A stretch of 64,000 nucleotides of DNA, taken from assembly GCA_043745805.1 (NCBI GenBank), contig JAYTSD010000008.1, positions 32,001-96,000 of the forward strand, read 5' to 3'. Positions 40,660 through 50,384 of the stretch are shown piece after piece. A program made the translations under genes and the position numbers. The DNA is from Fibrobacteria bacterium. GTDB lineage: Bacteria; Fibrobacterota; Fibrobacteria; UBA11236. The notes beneath the pieces are model-generated. The model had not been told where the DNA came from. It saw nothing but the letters and a program-made list of their open reading frames with translations, and searched no databases. Every line of letters starts with the position of its first letter. Position 1 is the first letter of the stretch.

Positions 40660-41099
40660 AATCATCTAAACTAAAGAACCAAAAAGGATCGATACTTGTT
40701 ACCGTATTAACGTTTTGTTTAATCATGATTATTGGGGCAAGTGGCTATTTATTAGTTATAGTCAATAAATTGCAAATTGAAAATCAAAATTCAAAAAATA
40801 TGTATGCTCTACATGCTGCTGAATCAGGTGCGGTGATGGCCGCTGCTATATTAAAAAATCGAGTTCCAGCCTATACCAATTCCGTTCCGCTCCTTATTGA
40901 TAAACAATGGACTGATTATATGTTAGTTACGGTTATCGATAGCGTTGGTACAGATCGCTGGATTGTTTCTAGAGCTTATGATGCTGGGTCTTTTGACAAA
41001 TCAATGGCTTCAGCAGGACCCCTTCTTAAAGTAATTCGTTGGAAGCTCGTAATTGTACCAGGAAAAGATACTCGCTTAACCGATAGAGTCGAAGACTAA
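40644..41099 (+). CDS. Minor pilin (PilX/GspK-like)
   Basis: NQKG|SILVTVL without E5; ALHAAESG motif. Confidence 0.8.
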   Translation: MPSILKSSKLKNQKGSILVTVLTFCLIMIIGASGYLLVIVNKLQIENQNSKNMYALHAAESGAVMAAAILKNRVPAYTNSVPLLIDKQWTDYMLVTVIDSVGTDRWIVSRAYDAGSFDKSMASAGPLLKVIRWKLVIVPGKDTRLTDRVED

Positions 41100-41114
41100 T
41101 TAAAATCAAAAGCC

Positions 41115-44100
41115 CTACCGCGAAATCACCAAAGTATTTCTCTTTGTACTCAAGGTATTATAATTAACCGTTTCAAAATCCGCTTTGCGTCGCACTTGCA
41201 CTTGATAAAAATACACCCCATTGGCTAATAAATTATTCCATTCATCCCGTCCATCCCAATGCTGACCGGACCCCGAAAGATGATCTAATTTCCGCACTAA
41301 AAATCCGCTTTGATTATAAATACGCAACTCAAAACTTAAACTGTCTTTACTTTTATCTTGCCCTAATTCGCCTTCCGCAGCCGGTAGTACCGAAGCGAAA
41401 TAAAAAGTGGTGCCATTGCGTTTCATGGGATTGGGGGAATTATAAACCTTAATTAAGGCCAATGAGCTGTCGCTGCGAATATCCATTTGCAGTTGTCTTT
41501 GGGTAATATTTCCATACCCATCACGTGCCGAAACTTTTAATAAATGTATTCCGGGTTTAAAATTTTTAGCATCCACATTAAGCTTATAGGTTTTGCGCCT
41601 CAATTCATCATCACGCGGCTGCGGATGAAACGGCTCTAGTATGCCTGGCACTTCAAAAGTTGTGCCTTGATCAGGGCCGTCGCCATTTACCGGACCACTT
41701 AAAGAATCGGTCACTTGTACTTCCAAACAATACGGTAACGATAAAGTTACCTTCGAACCAAAATCTTCGGAAGCCGTTTGTGCCCCATTGCATCCGGTAA
41801 TAATAATTTTGGGGCCGTCATTATCTTCTCCACCACAATTTTTGGCAACGCTGCCTATGCGAATATTTTGTTTAGCTACTGACCCTTCCATTTCCTGACT
41901 GCCATCCCAAGCAAAGGCAGAAATAAGCGCCGTAGTATCTCCAAAAGGCACCGCTTTAGGAAATAAATATTCGGCATCAAAAGTGAAGTTTTCATAGGCA
42001 ATAACGCGTTCAAAAAGAATATTACCGCGCTTAACAATGCTTTGAGTTTCCAAATTTCCGGGGAAATAATCTTTAACTGTACTTCCTCCAAAAATTTTTA
42101 TTTGCACAAATCCCTTGCCACTACCGCCTTGAATTTTTCCTTGAATGTGTCCGCAACCTAAGGATTGTAGGGTGTCGGGAGCTTGCGTAAAAGCAATATG
42201 CAAAGGAGGCTTACGCAAAAGCAAAACCGGTTCGCCCAATAGATTATATTTAGCATCGTTATTTCCGTTGAAAGAGCCCTTGCCGTTTTTTGCATTTCTT
42301 AAAGCATCGCCAACGGTTATGGCAGTATGCAATGAATCCGGCCAAAAAATATTTGCATAGAATGCGGAGGCTAAAGCAATATTGGGATCGGGAAAAGATT
42401 CGCGAGTAGAAGATACAGCGGATATTGCACCGACACTCGGCGCGCGCACAAATTGTTCGCTCAATCCATCTTTCTTTACCAAATCATAGCGGCCCACAGT
42501 ACAAGAAAAAGCATTGATCATAAAATTTTTCCCAACATTATTTAGACGGGATAAAGCATCTGCGGACTGCAATAAGCCTTCATCGGCCCAAACCTCTTCG
42601 GATCCATGGCCCACATAATTTACCATGAGCGCTCCTTTATCTTGATTTAATAAATTCAAAAGGTCTTGCGCCGCCTCGGGCTTTTGTCCTGCAGCATTAG
42701 GAACATAATCCAGTAAAGAAATTTTATCCAAAGTTAAACCAGGATCATTTGCTTGCACAATTTTGGCTAATAACTCGGATTGATTATTGTGTCGGCCTAT
42801 GGGATCTTCATTATTTGGTCGTCCGCGTTGACTAGCATCATCGGCGGTAAATACTACGCGTCCTCGCCATTGTCCATTGGGTTTTCCCGCTTTAATTCCA
42901 TATACTTGAGGATCTTCAAAGGCTTTTATTTTTTCAAAAATATTCTTCCATTGATCTAAGTTTTCAATAGGGATTCTTCCGATGTTTAAAGACAATAGGG
43001 AGGTTCCCCACGTCGATGTGGAATCAAACCATCCATAAAAATCATCACTCACTTCGGTATACCATTCATAAGGAGGAATGAAGTTTTTTTTGTCTGAAGA
43101 AACAATAATGTTACGGTAATCGAAATGTCCATCCCCCAATAGCACCACATATTTAAGCGGATTATCAGCCGCCGATTTACCCCCCCATTTATTCAAAGCA
43201 TATTGCAAAAAATCACGAATCGCTACGGGCGATAAACGCCCTCCAGAAAATTCACGGTATATATCTTCGGTTCTAACAATTGCTGTTTTTAAAGGGAAAG
43301 CTCTTTTACCATCATTGCGAAAACTTCTTAATTGCTGCGCAGCTGAAAAGAAAACATTGGGCGTAATAATTAAATACTCGGGGTTAACCCCATCACTCGT
43401 TCCTAAATTTCGGATAGCCGAGTTTCCGGACGGTAAATTTTCCAGCGAAATATTGGACTTGGCGAAGATTAATTCATCTTTACCTTTGCGGTAAAAATAA
43501 TAGCGGACATTTTCATCTTCTGCTACGCTATCCGAAAAATCTCCAGCAATACTTAAGACTATTTCATTTGTAGCTACGCCGTCAACCACTTTGAGACCTT
43601 GTAAATCAGAAGGACCGGTCACATGATAGCTCAATCTTATCCCTGTATTGGGAGGGAAAATCCAAAAAGGTTTGCTTACATATTTATTCTCGCGATTATA
43701 TACAAACGTATAGCCTTCTAATTTTTTACCGTTAAACCAATATACTGAATCGAATTTGAAGCGATTTAAAGTGCTTGGGCCTGGTAGAGAATAGTAACTT
43801 GCTCCGTTTTGCATTTTATTAATAGCTGTATTGTAGATAAATGTTTTTTGATTTAAAGTTGGAGTAAAATTGTTTTGAGTAGAACGGGGTAATACGCTCA
43901 ATCCCACATAAAGCGAATCTTCTTTATAAGCAGAAATTGTATCTAGTTCTTCGCTAAATAACTGATTGCCAGATAGAGTGCTTGGCTTTTCTCCAGAACA
44001 CGCCGGACTACCTTCACCCGCTCTCATAAACCAAAACCAATTGATTCCTGTCGCAGAATCAGTTCCCGGTGATGGATCACACTCAGCTATTGCCACTACT

Positions 44101-45272
44101 TTTTGCGCACGCAAATAGGTATATGACGAGCTTAAAGAATTGGAACTTGCTGATGGTATAGCCGTCAAGCGTTGGGCTGTAGCCGCATTCGTAGCAGAGA
44201 AGTTTAAATAATAAAAGTTTTTTAAGGAATACGGATCACTATTAAATTCAAATTGAATTTTGCCATTGCCTTTAATTTTTTTCCATGTACTCGTTCCATG
44301 TCCATAGAAATAAATTGTGTCGCCGGCATCAAAGTTGGTATTAGCATTTGCATCCACCACGCGAATAGGTATTTCATGCAAATTGGTTGAATCGGGAACG
44401 GTTCCTTTAGGTTGGGCTTTTAATGTATCATTGGGGCCTGTAAATACTCGTATTTTATTCACTGATAGTCCTACAAATTTACTGCTGATAGAATCTGCGA
44501 GATCAAGGAAAGGAATCGCATACATACCATCTTCAGCAAAACCATCGATTTGCCTATCCCCTACGGAAAGCTTTATGTAAGCGTCGCCTATGTTTATTTC
44601 GGAACGGCCATTTATTTTTCGTAAGGCATGACTAGTTTGGTAATTAAATCGTCCACCTAGCGGGTTTTTGATTCCCCACAAAAACATTTCGGGTAATGTG
44701 GACGTAGCGGGTGCGTTTTTTAGGTTAGAGAAGGTTACCGTAACATGTATTTTTTTAAGTCGAGTTAAAGTTTTATTTTCCTGCGCCCATAAAGCTAAAG
44801 GTAAAGTAATCGTGCGACAGGGCACACCGCGTAACATTTGTATCTCCCCTATTTTAGGGCTTAATATATTAGCCGCCGAATAGTATTGCGCATCGACTTT
44901 ACTTTCAAATTGTGTGGTGGTTTTGTAAGTGCGTACGGGAGCCAATACCTTTGCCAAAACACTATTTTCCGAACTAACCACATCAATCTGAACTTGCGGC
45001 ATGGCATCGCCAGTAATAACGCGAAAACTGTAAATGGGTAATTGCGGAGCGCCTTGTCGATTTTCTGTTTCGCAACCCAAACAGGAAATGGCTAATCCGC
45101 CATCGAGCGAAGTCAGGCTGGCATTCGGTGGTGTAATTTCCAATTCCAACGCTCCGGCAACATCGCGAAGTACTTTACCAAAATCTGCATTGGCTTTATG
45201 ACTTAAAATCAATAGGCAAATAAGAGTTAAAATTAAGCGCGAGGATATTTTATGCGCTAAAAAATATTTCAT
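41115..45272 (-). CDS. porU: Type IX secretion sortase PorU (peptidase C25)
   Basis: YFYGHG, EYLIITP, IYREFSGG, LLGDGHFDY, GRIP, catalytic NYVGHG and FSCTVG, YNLLGEP; C-terminal YNSPNP...WDGRD...LANGVYFY. Confidence 0.88.
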   Translation of the reverse strand: MKYFLAHKISSRLILTLICLLILSHKANADFGKVLRDVAGALELEITPPNASLTSLDGGLAISCLGCETENRQGAPQLPIYSFRVITGDAMPQVQIDVVSSENSVLAKVLAPVRTYKTTTQFESKVDAQYYSAANILSPKIGEIQMLRGVPCRTITLPLALWAQENKTLTRLKKIHVTVTFSNLKNAPATSTLPEMFLWGIKNPLGGRFNYQTSHALRKINGRSEINIGDAYIKLSVGDRQIDGFAEDGMYAIPFLDLADSISSKFVGLSVNKIRVFTGPNDTLKAQPKGTVPDSTNLHEIPIRVVDANANTNFDAGDTIYFYGHGTSTWKKIKGNGKIQFEFNSDPYSLKNFYYLNFSATNAATAQRLTAIPSASSNSLSSSYTYLRAQKVVAIAECDPSPGTDSATGINWFWFMRAGEGSPACSGEKPSTLSGNQLFSEELDTISAYKEDSLYVGLSVLPRSTQNNFTPTLNQKTFIYNTAINKMQNGASYYSLPGPSTLNRFKFDSVYWFNGKKLEGYTFVYNRENKYVSKPFWIFPPNTGIRLSYHVTGPSDLQGLKVVDGVATNEIVLSIAGDFSDSVAEDENVRYYFYRKGKDELIFAKSNISLENLPSGNSAIRNLGTSDGVNPEYLIITPNVFFSAAQQLRSFRNDGKRAFPLKTAIVRTEDIYREFSGGRLSPVAIRDFLQYALNKWGGKSAADNPLKYVVLLGDGHFDYRNIIVSSDKKNFIPPYEWYTEVSDDFYGWFDSTSTWGTSLLSLNIGRIPIENLDQWKNIFEKIKAFEDPQVYGIKAGKPNGQWRGRVVFTADDASQRGRPNNEDPIGRHNNQSELLAKIVQANDPGLTLDKISLLDYVPNAAGQKPEAAQDLLNLLNQDKGALMVNYVGHGSEEVWADEGLLQSADALSRLNNVGKNFMINAFSCTVGRYDLVKKDGLSEQFVRAPSVGAISAVSSTRESFPDPNIALASAFYANIFWPDSLHTAITVGDALRNAKNGKGSFNGNNDAKYNLLGEPVLLLRKPPLHIAFTQAPDTLQSLGCGHIQGKIQGGSGKGFVQIKIFGGSTVKDYFPGNLETQSIVKRGNILFERVIAYENFTFDAEYLFPKAVPFGDTTALISAFAWDGSQEMEGSVAKQNIRIGSVAKNCGGEDNDGPKIIITGCNGAQTASEDFGSKVTLSLPYCLEVQVTDSLSGPVNGDGPDQGTTFEVPGILEPFHPQPRDDELRRKTYKLNVDAKNFKPGIHLLKVSARDGYGNITQRQLQMDIRSDSSLALIKVYNSPNPMKRNGTTFYFASVLPAAEGELGQDKSKDSLSFELRIYNQSGFLVRKLDHLSGSGQHWDGRDEWNNLLANGVYFYQVQVRRKADFETVNYNTLSTKRNTLVISR

Positions 45273-45348
45273 GGAATTCGCTCCATTGGGGAAATGCTAA
45301 TAGTGTACAAAAAAGGTGACCAAGCAAAAACCCAAATAACTTCAGAAG

Positions 45349-46254
45349 TTAGCGCCACATAAAAAAGGAGCCTTGCCCCAAAATAGGCGCCGCTTTTTCA
45401 GCTAATAATGAAAGCGGTGATTTCGCGTTTTCCGTTAAGTTTTCCACCCAATTTTTAGCAGGAGGTTCTTGAATATAGGACGCATCTGCTCCTAATTGAG
45501 TTTGTGTTTCTAAATATTGCTTCGCTTCCGAAAGTCCCCCTAAAGTGTCTACCAAGCCTACGGCATAAGCTTGTAAACCAGTCAAGACTCGGCCATCCGC
45601 TACTTTCAATAATTCTGCACGTTTAATTTTCCGATTAGCCAATACATCCCCCACAAACTGTTCATAGGTATTGTCAATAACGCTTTGCAAATAGCTTAAT
45701 TCATCGGGCGTGGATTTACGCGCATAATTTCCAACATCTTTTAATGCGCCGCTTTTAACCGTAGTTAAATTAACTCCAATTTTTTTCATGAGTTCGGACG
45801 CTTCGGGAAATTGAAAAATAACGCCAATGCTACCGGTTAAAGTTCCGCGATTGCTAAAAATTTTATCGCCTGCTAAGGAAATGTAATAGCCGCCCGAAGC
45901 GGCAATATTTCCATAACTCACCACAATGGGAATATGTTTTTTAACCTTTAAAGCTTTAAGTGCGGAATACACTTCTTGTGAAGCGCCTACGGCTCCGCCA
46001 GGAGAGTCCATACGCAACAGGATACCTTTGCAGTTATCGCCTTTGCTAATGCGCTCTATGCTTTTTAAATAGGTTTCTCCCGAAAGGATAGGGCCTTCAA
46101 TGCGTAAGAGCACTAAATGCGGTTTGTTCTCCTCACCCATATTAGCCACATTGTCAAAATGGCCAACCATCTTCACAAGGGCTGTCGCGAAAAACAAAAA
46201 GGCAATGATTATTAAAAGGCAAAGGGCTATGAATATTTTTACGAATCTGGTCAT
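45349..46254 (-). CDS. sppA: Signal peptide peptidase SppA, short type
   Basis: RMDSPGG, AASGGYY, TGSIGV, DGRV.TG.QA...GLVD. Confidence 0.93.
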   Translation of the reverse strand: MTRFVKIFIALCLLIIIAFLFFATALVKMVGHFDNVANMGEENKPHLVLLRIEGPILSGETYLKSIERISKGDNCKGILLRMDSPGGAVGASQEVYSALKALKVKKHIPIVVSYGNIAASGGYYISLAGDKIFSNRGTLTGSIGVIFQFPEASELMKKIGVNLTTVKSGALKDVGNYARKSTPDELSYLQSVIDNTYEQFVGDVLANRKIKRAELLKVADGRVLTGLQAYAVGLVDTLGGLSEAKQYLETQTQLGADASYIQEPPAKNWVENLTENAKSPLSLLAEKAAPILGQGSFFMWR

Positions 46255-46278
46255 GGCCAGAATATAACAAGTGAATGT

Positions 46279-48399
46279 TTATTTGACCCGAATTTTAGTG
46301 CCAGCTTTTAACACGGAAGGCATGGGAGCATTTAAAGCTTTAATTTTTTCCACTGTACTCTGAAACTTTACAGAAATGTCCCATAAGCTATCTCCCGATT
46401 TAACCACATAAAATTTTTTCTCGGTGTTTATTAAAGGTTCGGCTTCGGCCGACGTAACTTCAGCATGACTGTCCTTAGCAACCTTTGTAAGCCCTTGCAC
46501 CTTCAATTTTTGTCCCGATCGAATTTGATTTCTTTTCAAATTATTCCATTTCGATAAATCACTCATGGACACATTTAATTTATTCGCAATGGAAAAAAGC
46601 GTTTCCCCATCCATCACTTTGTAGGTGCTGAATGCACCATTTTTAGTCTTCTTGCTACTGGAGATATTTTGTGTCTCTAAAGAACCCGCTTCTTCTGCTG
46701 CCACGGGCTCTATTTTACAACAAGCCTTTCGGGTAGCTTTGCGCAAAGTCAAGCGCTGACCAGCCCGCAAATGGCTGTGTGAGGTTAGTCCATTAAGTTG
46801 CATAATCTTTTTTACAGAAATGCCCGTTTTACGCGAAACATCATAAAAATTATCTCCGCGTTTTACTTTATAAGTAAAAGCTTGGCTTTCACTCGGTTCT
46901 TCTTCGGATCCCTCCAAAGAGCCTGTTGATAAGGCATCCAAATCCGCACCATTCTCAAGTGAAACCGGAATTAATAAACTTTGTCCCCGCTTTACGTTTT
47001 GGCCTTTTAATTTATTAGCTGCTTTAATTGCGGCTACCGAAACATGAAAGTGTTTAGCAATACCCGCCAAACTTTCGCTTTTCCCTACTATGTGATGCTG
47101 CCAATTCACTAATTTGGTTTTATCCAAGGCTTCATAATTTTTAATAAAAGTTTCGCGTGTTCCCGAAGGTAAATAAATCACATATTGGGATCGATTAGGA
47201 GGTGTACACCAACGGCGCAAGGCAGGATTCAAAGCTGTGATCTCAGCTTCTTTAGTTTCTGCAGCACGTGCAATAGTGGAAAAAGCTAAGCAATGAAAAA
47301 CACTCACCGTATCGAATAGTAATGGAGGTTCAGGATTATCAATAGTAAATCCATATACCTCGGGATTATGTCCGATGATCATCGCTGCCAAAATTTTAGG
47401 CACATAATAACGAGTTTCCTTTGGTAAGGCCATATCCCAATAGGATTGACTGCTGTCTTGTGCTAATAAACGGCGTACTCTATTTTCTCCGCAATTATAG
47501 CCCGCCATAGCCATATTCCAATCTTGGAATTCTTCATGCAAATCATTCAAATAATTTAAAGCCGCTTCCGTTGCTTGCACAGGATCTCGACGCGGATCTA
47601 TCCACCAATCATCGGCTAAACCATAGCGACGACCCGTTCCCGAAATAAATTGCCATATTCCACTGGCTTTAGCTTTGGACCATGCCTTGGGATTAAAGCC
47701 ACTTTCGACCATAGCTAAATACAATAAATCACGCGGCATTTTTTTCTCTGCTAATTTAGCTTGAATTATTTTTTCAAAACGCGAACGGCGATTTAACCAA
47801 CGCGAAAAGTAACCGCGTCCGGGTCCCGTAAATACGGCAATGGCCTGCACCACTCTTTCATCTAAAGGCACGCTAATGGGTAAATCATATTTTTTAAAAT
47901 CGATATGATGTGTGATAGAGTCAATCCGATGCACCGAAGAATCACTTAGCTGATCCAGTTCTTCATCAAAATACGCGGTCCAAGGCACTACATTGCCCAT
48001 TGTATTGGTGCGTGCAATAGTTTTTAACAATAAATTTTGCACGCTGTCTTGATAGTTTTTTATCGCATAGGCAAAGTTGGGGCCTAAGGAGTCATTGGCT
48101 TCGAGGGTGGAGAGATAAGTTAATGCACTATCAAAATTTTCACTGGCTTCAAACCATAAGGAATCTTTAAGATTATCCAAGCCCAAATTGGTGAACTCAT
48201 TCACCTCCGAAAAAAGTACTTCTTCGTCAACACTAATTTTTTTTAAGGGAAGTGTTTCCGTTTTACCGGCAGTCTTATGTCCAGCACAACCAAATTGCAA
48301 AAATAATATCCATAAAAAAGCAAAGGCTTTAACCCCTTTGCTGAATCTATGTTTAGCTAAATGCGACTTATCCCATACCCTATTTGCCATAGAGGCCAT
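46279..48399 (-). CDS. mltD: MltD-like lytic transglycosylase lipoprotein with LysM repeats
   Basis: Lipobox QFGC; LAMVESGF, SGIWQF, AGYNCG, ETRYYVPK; four LysM-like repeats. Confidence 0.88.
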   Translation of the reverse strand: MASMANRVWDKSHLAKHRFSKGVKAFAFLWILFLQFGCAGHKTAGKTETLPLKKISVDEEVLFSEVNEFTNLGLDNLKDSLWFEASENFDSALTYLSTLEANDSLGPNFAYAIKNYQDSVQNLLLKTIARTNTMGNVVPWTAYFDEELDQLSDSSVHRIDSITHHIDFKKYDLPISVPLDERVVQAIAVFTGPGRGYFSRWLNRRSRFEKIIQAKLAEKKMPRDLLYLAMVESGFNPKAWSKAKASGIWQFISGTGRRYGLADDWWIDPRRDPVQATEAALNYLNDLHEEFQDWNMAMAGYNCGENRVRRLLAQDSSQSYWDMALPKETRYYVPKILAAMIIGHNPEVYGFTIDNPEPPLLFDTVSVFHCLAFSTIARAAETKEAEITALNPALRRWCTPPNRSQYVIYLPSGTRETFIKNYEALDKTKLVNWQHHIVGKSESLAGIAKHFHVSVAAIKAANKLKGQNVKRGQSLLIPVSLENGADLDALSTGSLEGSEEEPSESQAFTYKVKRGDNFYDVSRKTGISVKKIMQLNGLTSHSHLRAGQRLTLRKATRKACCKIEPVAAEEAGSLETQNISSSKKTKNGAFSTYKVMDGETLFSIANKLNVSMSDLSKWNNLKRNQIRSGQKLKVQGLTKVAKDSHAEVTSAEAEPLINTEKKFYVVKSGDSLWDISVKFQSTVEKIKALNAPMPSVLKAGTKIRVK

Positions 48400-48454
48400 A
48401 GGGGGGGTTCCAAAACAGGTAATACAATGAATGGCAAGCTACCTGTGGTTCTGA

Positions 48455-48658
48455 TTATTCTTCAAAATCCAAATCTTCGGCATAGTCTTTCCAAATATCC
48501 GTTTTCTTAAACTTCGGATTATCGAAATCAACTTCTTCGTTTTCATCTTCATCATCATCGTCAGCAGAATCTTCATCTTCGTTTTCTAGTGGATCTAGAT
48601 CATCGAAGTCATCATGTTTAGGGCGTCTACCGCATTCCCAAATTTCTTCACGATTCAT
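48455..48658 (-). CDS. Small highly acidic hypothetical protein
   Basis: AGGAGG RBS upstream of ATG; 67 aa, D/E-dominated. Confidence 0.7.
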   Translation of the reverse strand: MNREEIWECGRRPKHDDFDDLDPLENEDEDSADDDDEDENEEVDFDNPKFKKTDIWKDYAEDLDFEE

Positions 48659-48697
48659 AACAACGAACCTCCTATTGAGTATATCATAATTTTTGCA

Positions 48698-48725
48698 AAT
48701 ATATCTTGGGAACCATAATTGTCAA
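48698..48725 (-). promoter_or_regulatory. Putative sigma70 promoter
   Basis: Minus strand TTGACA-N16-TATATT upstream of the acidic ORF. Confidence 0.5.
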
Positions 48726-48782
48726 GCATTTTATAAAATTAACGGTACATAAGCTGTTAAAAATGGATAATACTCATAAATT

Positions 48783-50384
48783 TTATTGTTTCTGCACAAA
48801 TTGCACTGGAAATGACACCGGAATATCCACATTCGAGCCCGGATCTTCGCGAAACTTCCAATGCTTAATATTTCGCAAAATTTCCGAGTTAAACCCTTCA
48901 TTTGTAATGGTACTCTTTTCATTTACGATTTTTGCGTCTTTAACTTCTCCCTTGGGATCAACTAACATACGCACAGTGATTTGACCTTCAAAGGCCTGAC
49001 CTTTTCTTAACCACTTTTGATATACAAACTCTAACTCCCCATGGTTATTCTCAATGGTGGCAAAAATGGATTCTTGTCGCATGGGATCAGCATGAATCTT
49101 TGCAGCTACATGCTTAGGAGGAGCTATAGTCGGTTTCAATTTATTTTCTAATTGCAAAGCCGCCACTTTAACTTCTTCGTCTTTATCGCCTTTTGTTTTT
49201 TTGTCTTGGCCGCGCAAATCAGCAATTTGAATGTCTTCCAAGTTTTCCATCTTAGCGACTTTATATTCTTGTAAGGAATTGGCCTCATGACTGACCATAC
49301 CAGCTCGCGTTTCTTTCGGTTTCGAATCGTCTAGTGATTTTAAAGTATTGATGAATTTAAAATCTTGATACTGTTCAATTTTCTTAAGCGCCGCCTTGGT
49401 TAAATCCGAATCATTCACATAAATTTTACCTAAAAGGTAAAGGCGTCGATTCGCTTTTTTCGCCGTATTTGAATTTGGATTTTGCGCAATAATTTGCCGG
49501 TATTTTTGTACCGCTTCATTTTCCATGCCCATTTCTTCTTGTGAACGTCCAATTAAATAATCCCCTTCAAGGACTTCACTCGGAATGGTTTTCTCATCCG
49601 CAACAACCTGTTCTAAAATTTTTATGGCTTCTTGATAATTGGCTAAAAAAAACATTTGCCTACCTTGGCTAAAAGGGGTTTGCGGCAAAGCGCGGGCTTC
49701 GCGAATTTGATCTTGCAAACCTTTAAGAATATCGATGAGTTTTTGGGCCACATGCGCGTCTTCACTACCCGGCACCAAATCTATTACTTTTTTGAACTGT
49801 ACAATAGCAGGATCGTATTGCCCCAATACACTGGTACAAAATCCGATATGTAACACTAAAGTAGCCTGTAACCCCTCGGTTAAGTGCGTATCGCTTAAAC
49901 GGCTTTTATAAACCTCAATAGCCTTTTCGTATTTACGCGCACGTTCATAGAAATAGGCCACTTCCAATTCCTTTAACATATCGGGAGGTAAATCAATTTT
50001 CACTTTTTTCTTCCCGAGAATAAATTCCACGCCACCAATAAGTGTTTGGATTAGTTTTGAAGAAAAGGATTGTATAGGAACTTGATTGGTAATTAATTGT
50101 TGCGTCGCTAAGGATTGTAAACGCACTTCTAAACCACTTTCATCATCTTCCGGTGCAGCTTGTCTTTTTTTGATCAGTTCAAAGCGCGCTAACATATTCA
50201 AAGAATGATTGCTATTATAATTTTGCGATAGCGCCACCATACTTTTATTGAATTCTTCCATGCGGAATTGAATGATACTCTCATTCAAATACAAGCTGAG
50301 AAACAAGAAAAAGCCAATCAACACTAAGGGTTGAATGGCAAACCAAAAATTAGATAGGCCGGATATTTCCCTACCCTGACTCAA
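48783..50384 (-). CDS. Membrane-anchored TPR protein with C-terminal TonB/AgmX-like domain
   Basis: N-terminal TM, TPR repeats, C-terminal YQKWLR...EGQITVRMLVDPKGEV...WKF...SFPVQF. Confidence 0.75.
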   Translation of the reverse strand: MSQGREISGLSNFWFAIQPLVLIGFFLFLSLYLNESIIQFRMEEFNKSMVALSQNYNSNHSLNMLARFELIKKRQAAPEDDESGLEVRLQSLATQQLITNQVPIQSFSSKLIQTLIGGVEFILGKKKVKIDLPPDMLKELEVAYFYERARKYEKAIEVYKSRLSDTHLTEGLQATLVLHIGFCTSVLGQYDPAIVQFKKVIDLVPGSEDAHVAQKLIDILKGLQDQIREARALPQTPFSQGRQMFFLANYQEAIKILEQVVADEKTIPSEVLEGDYLIGRSQEEMGMENEAVQKYRQIIAQNPNSNTAKKANRRLYLLGKIYVNDSDLTKAALKKIEQYQDFKFINTLKSLDDSKPKETRAGMVSHEANSLQEYKVAKMENLEDIQIADLRGQDKKTKGDKDEEVKVAALQLENKLKPTIAPPKHVAAKIHADPMRQESIFATIENNHGELEFVYQKWLRKGQAFEGQITVRMLVDPKGEVKDAKIVNEKSTITNEGFNSEILRNIKHWKFREDPGSNVDIPVSFPVQFVQKQ

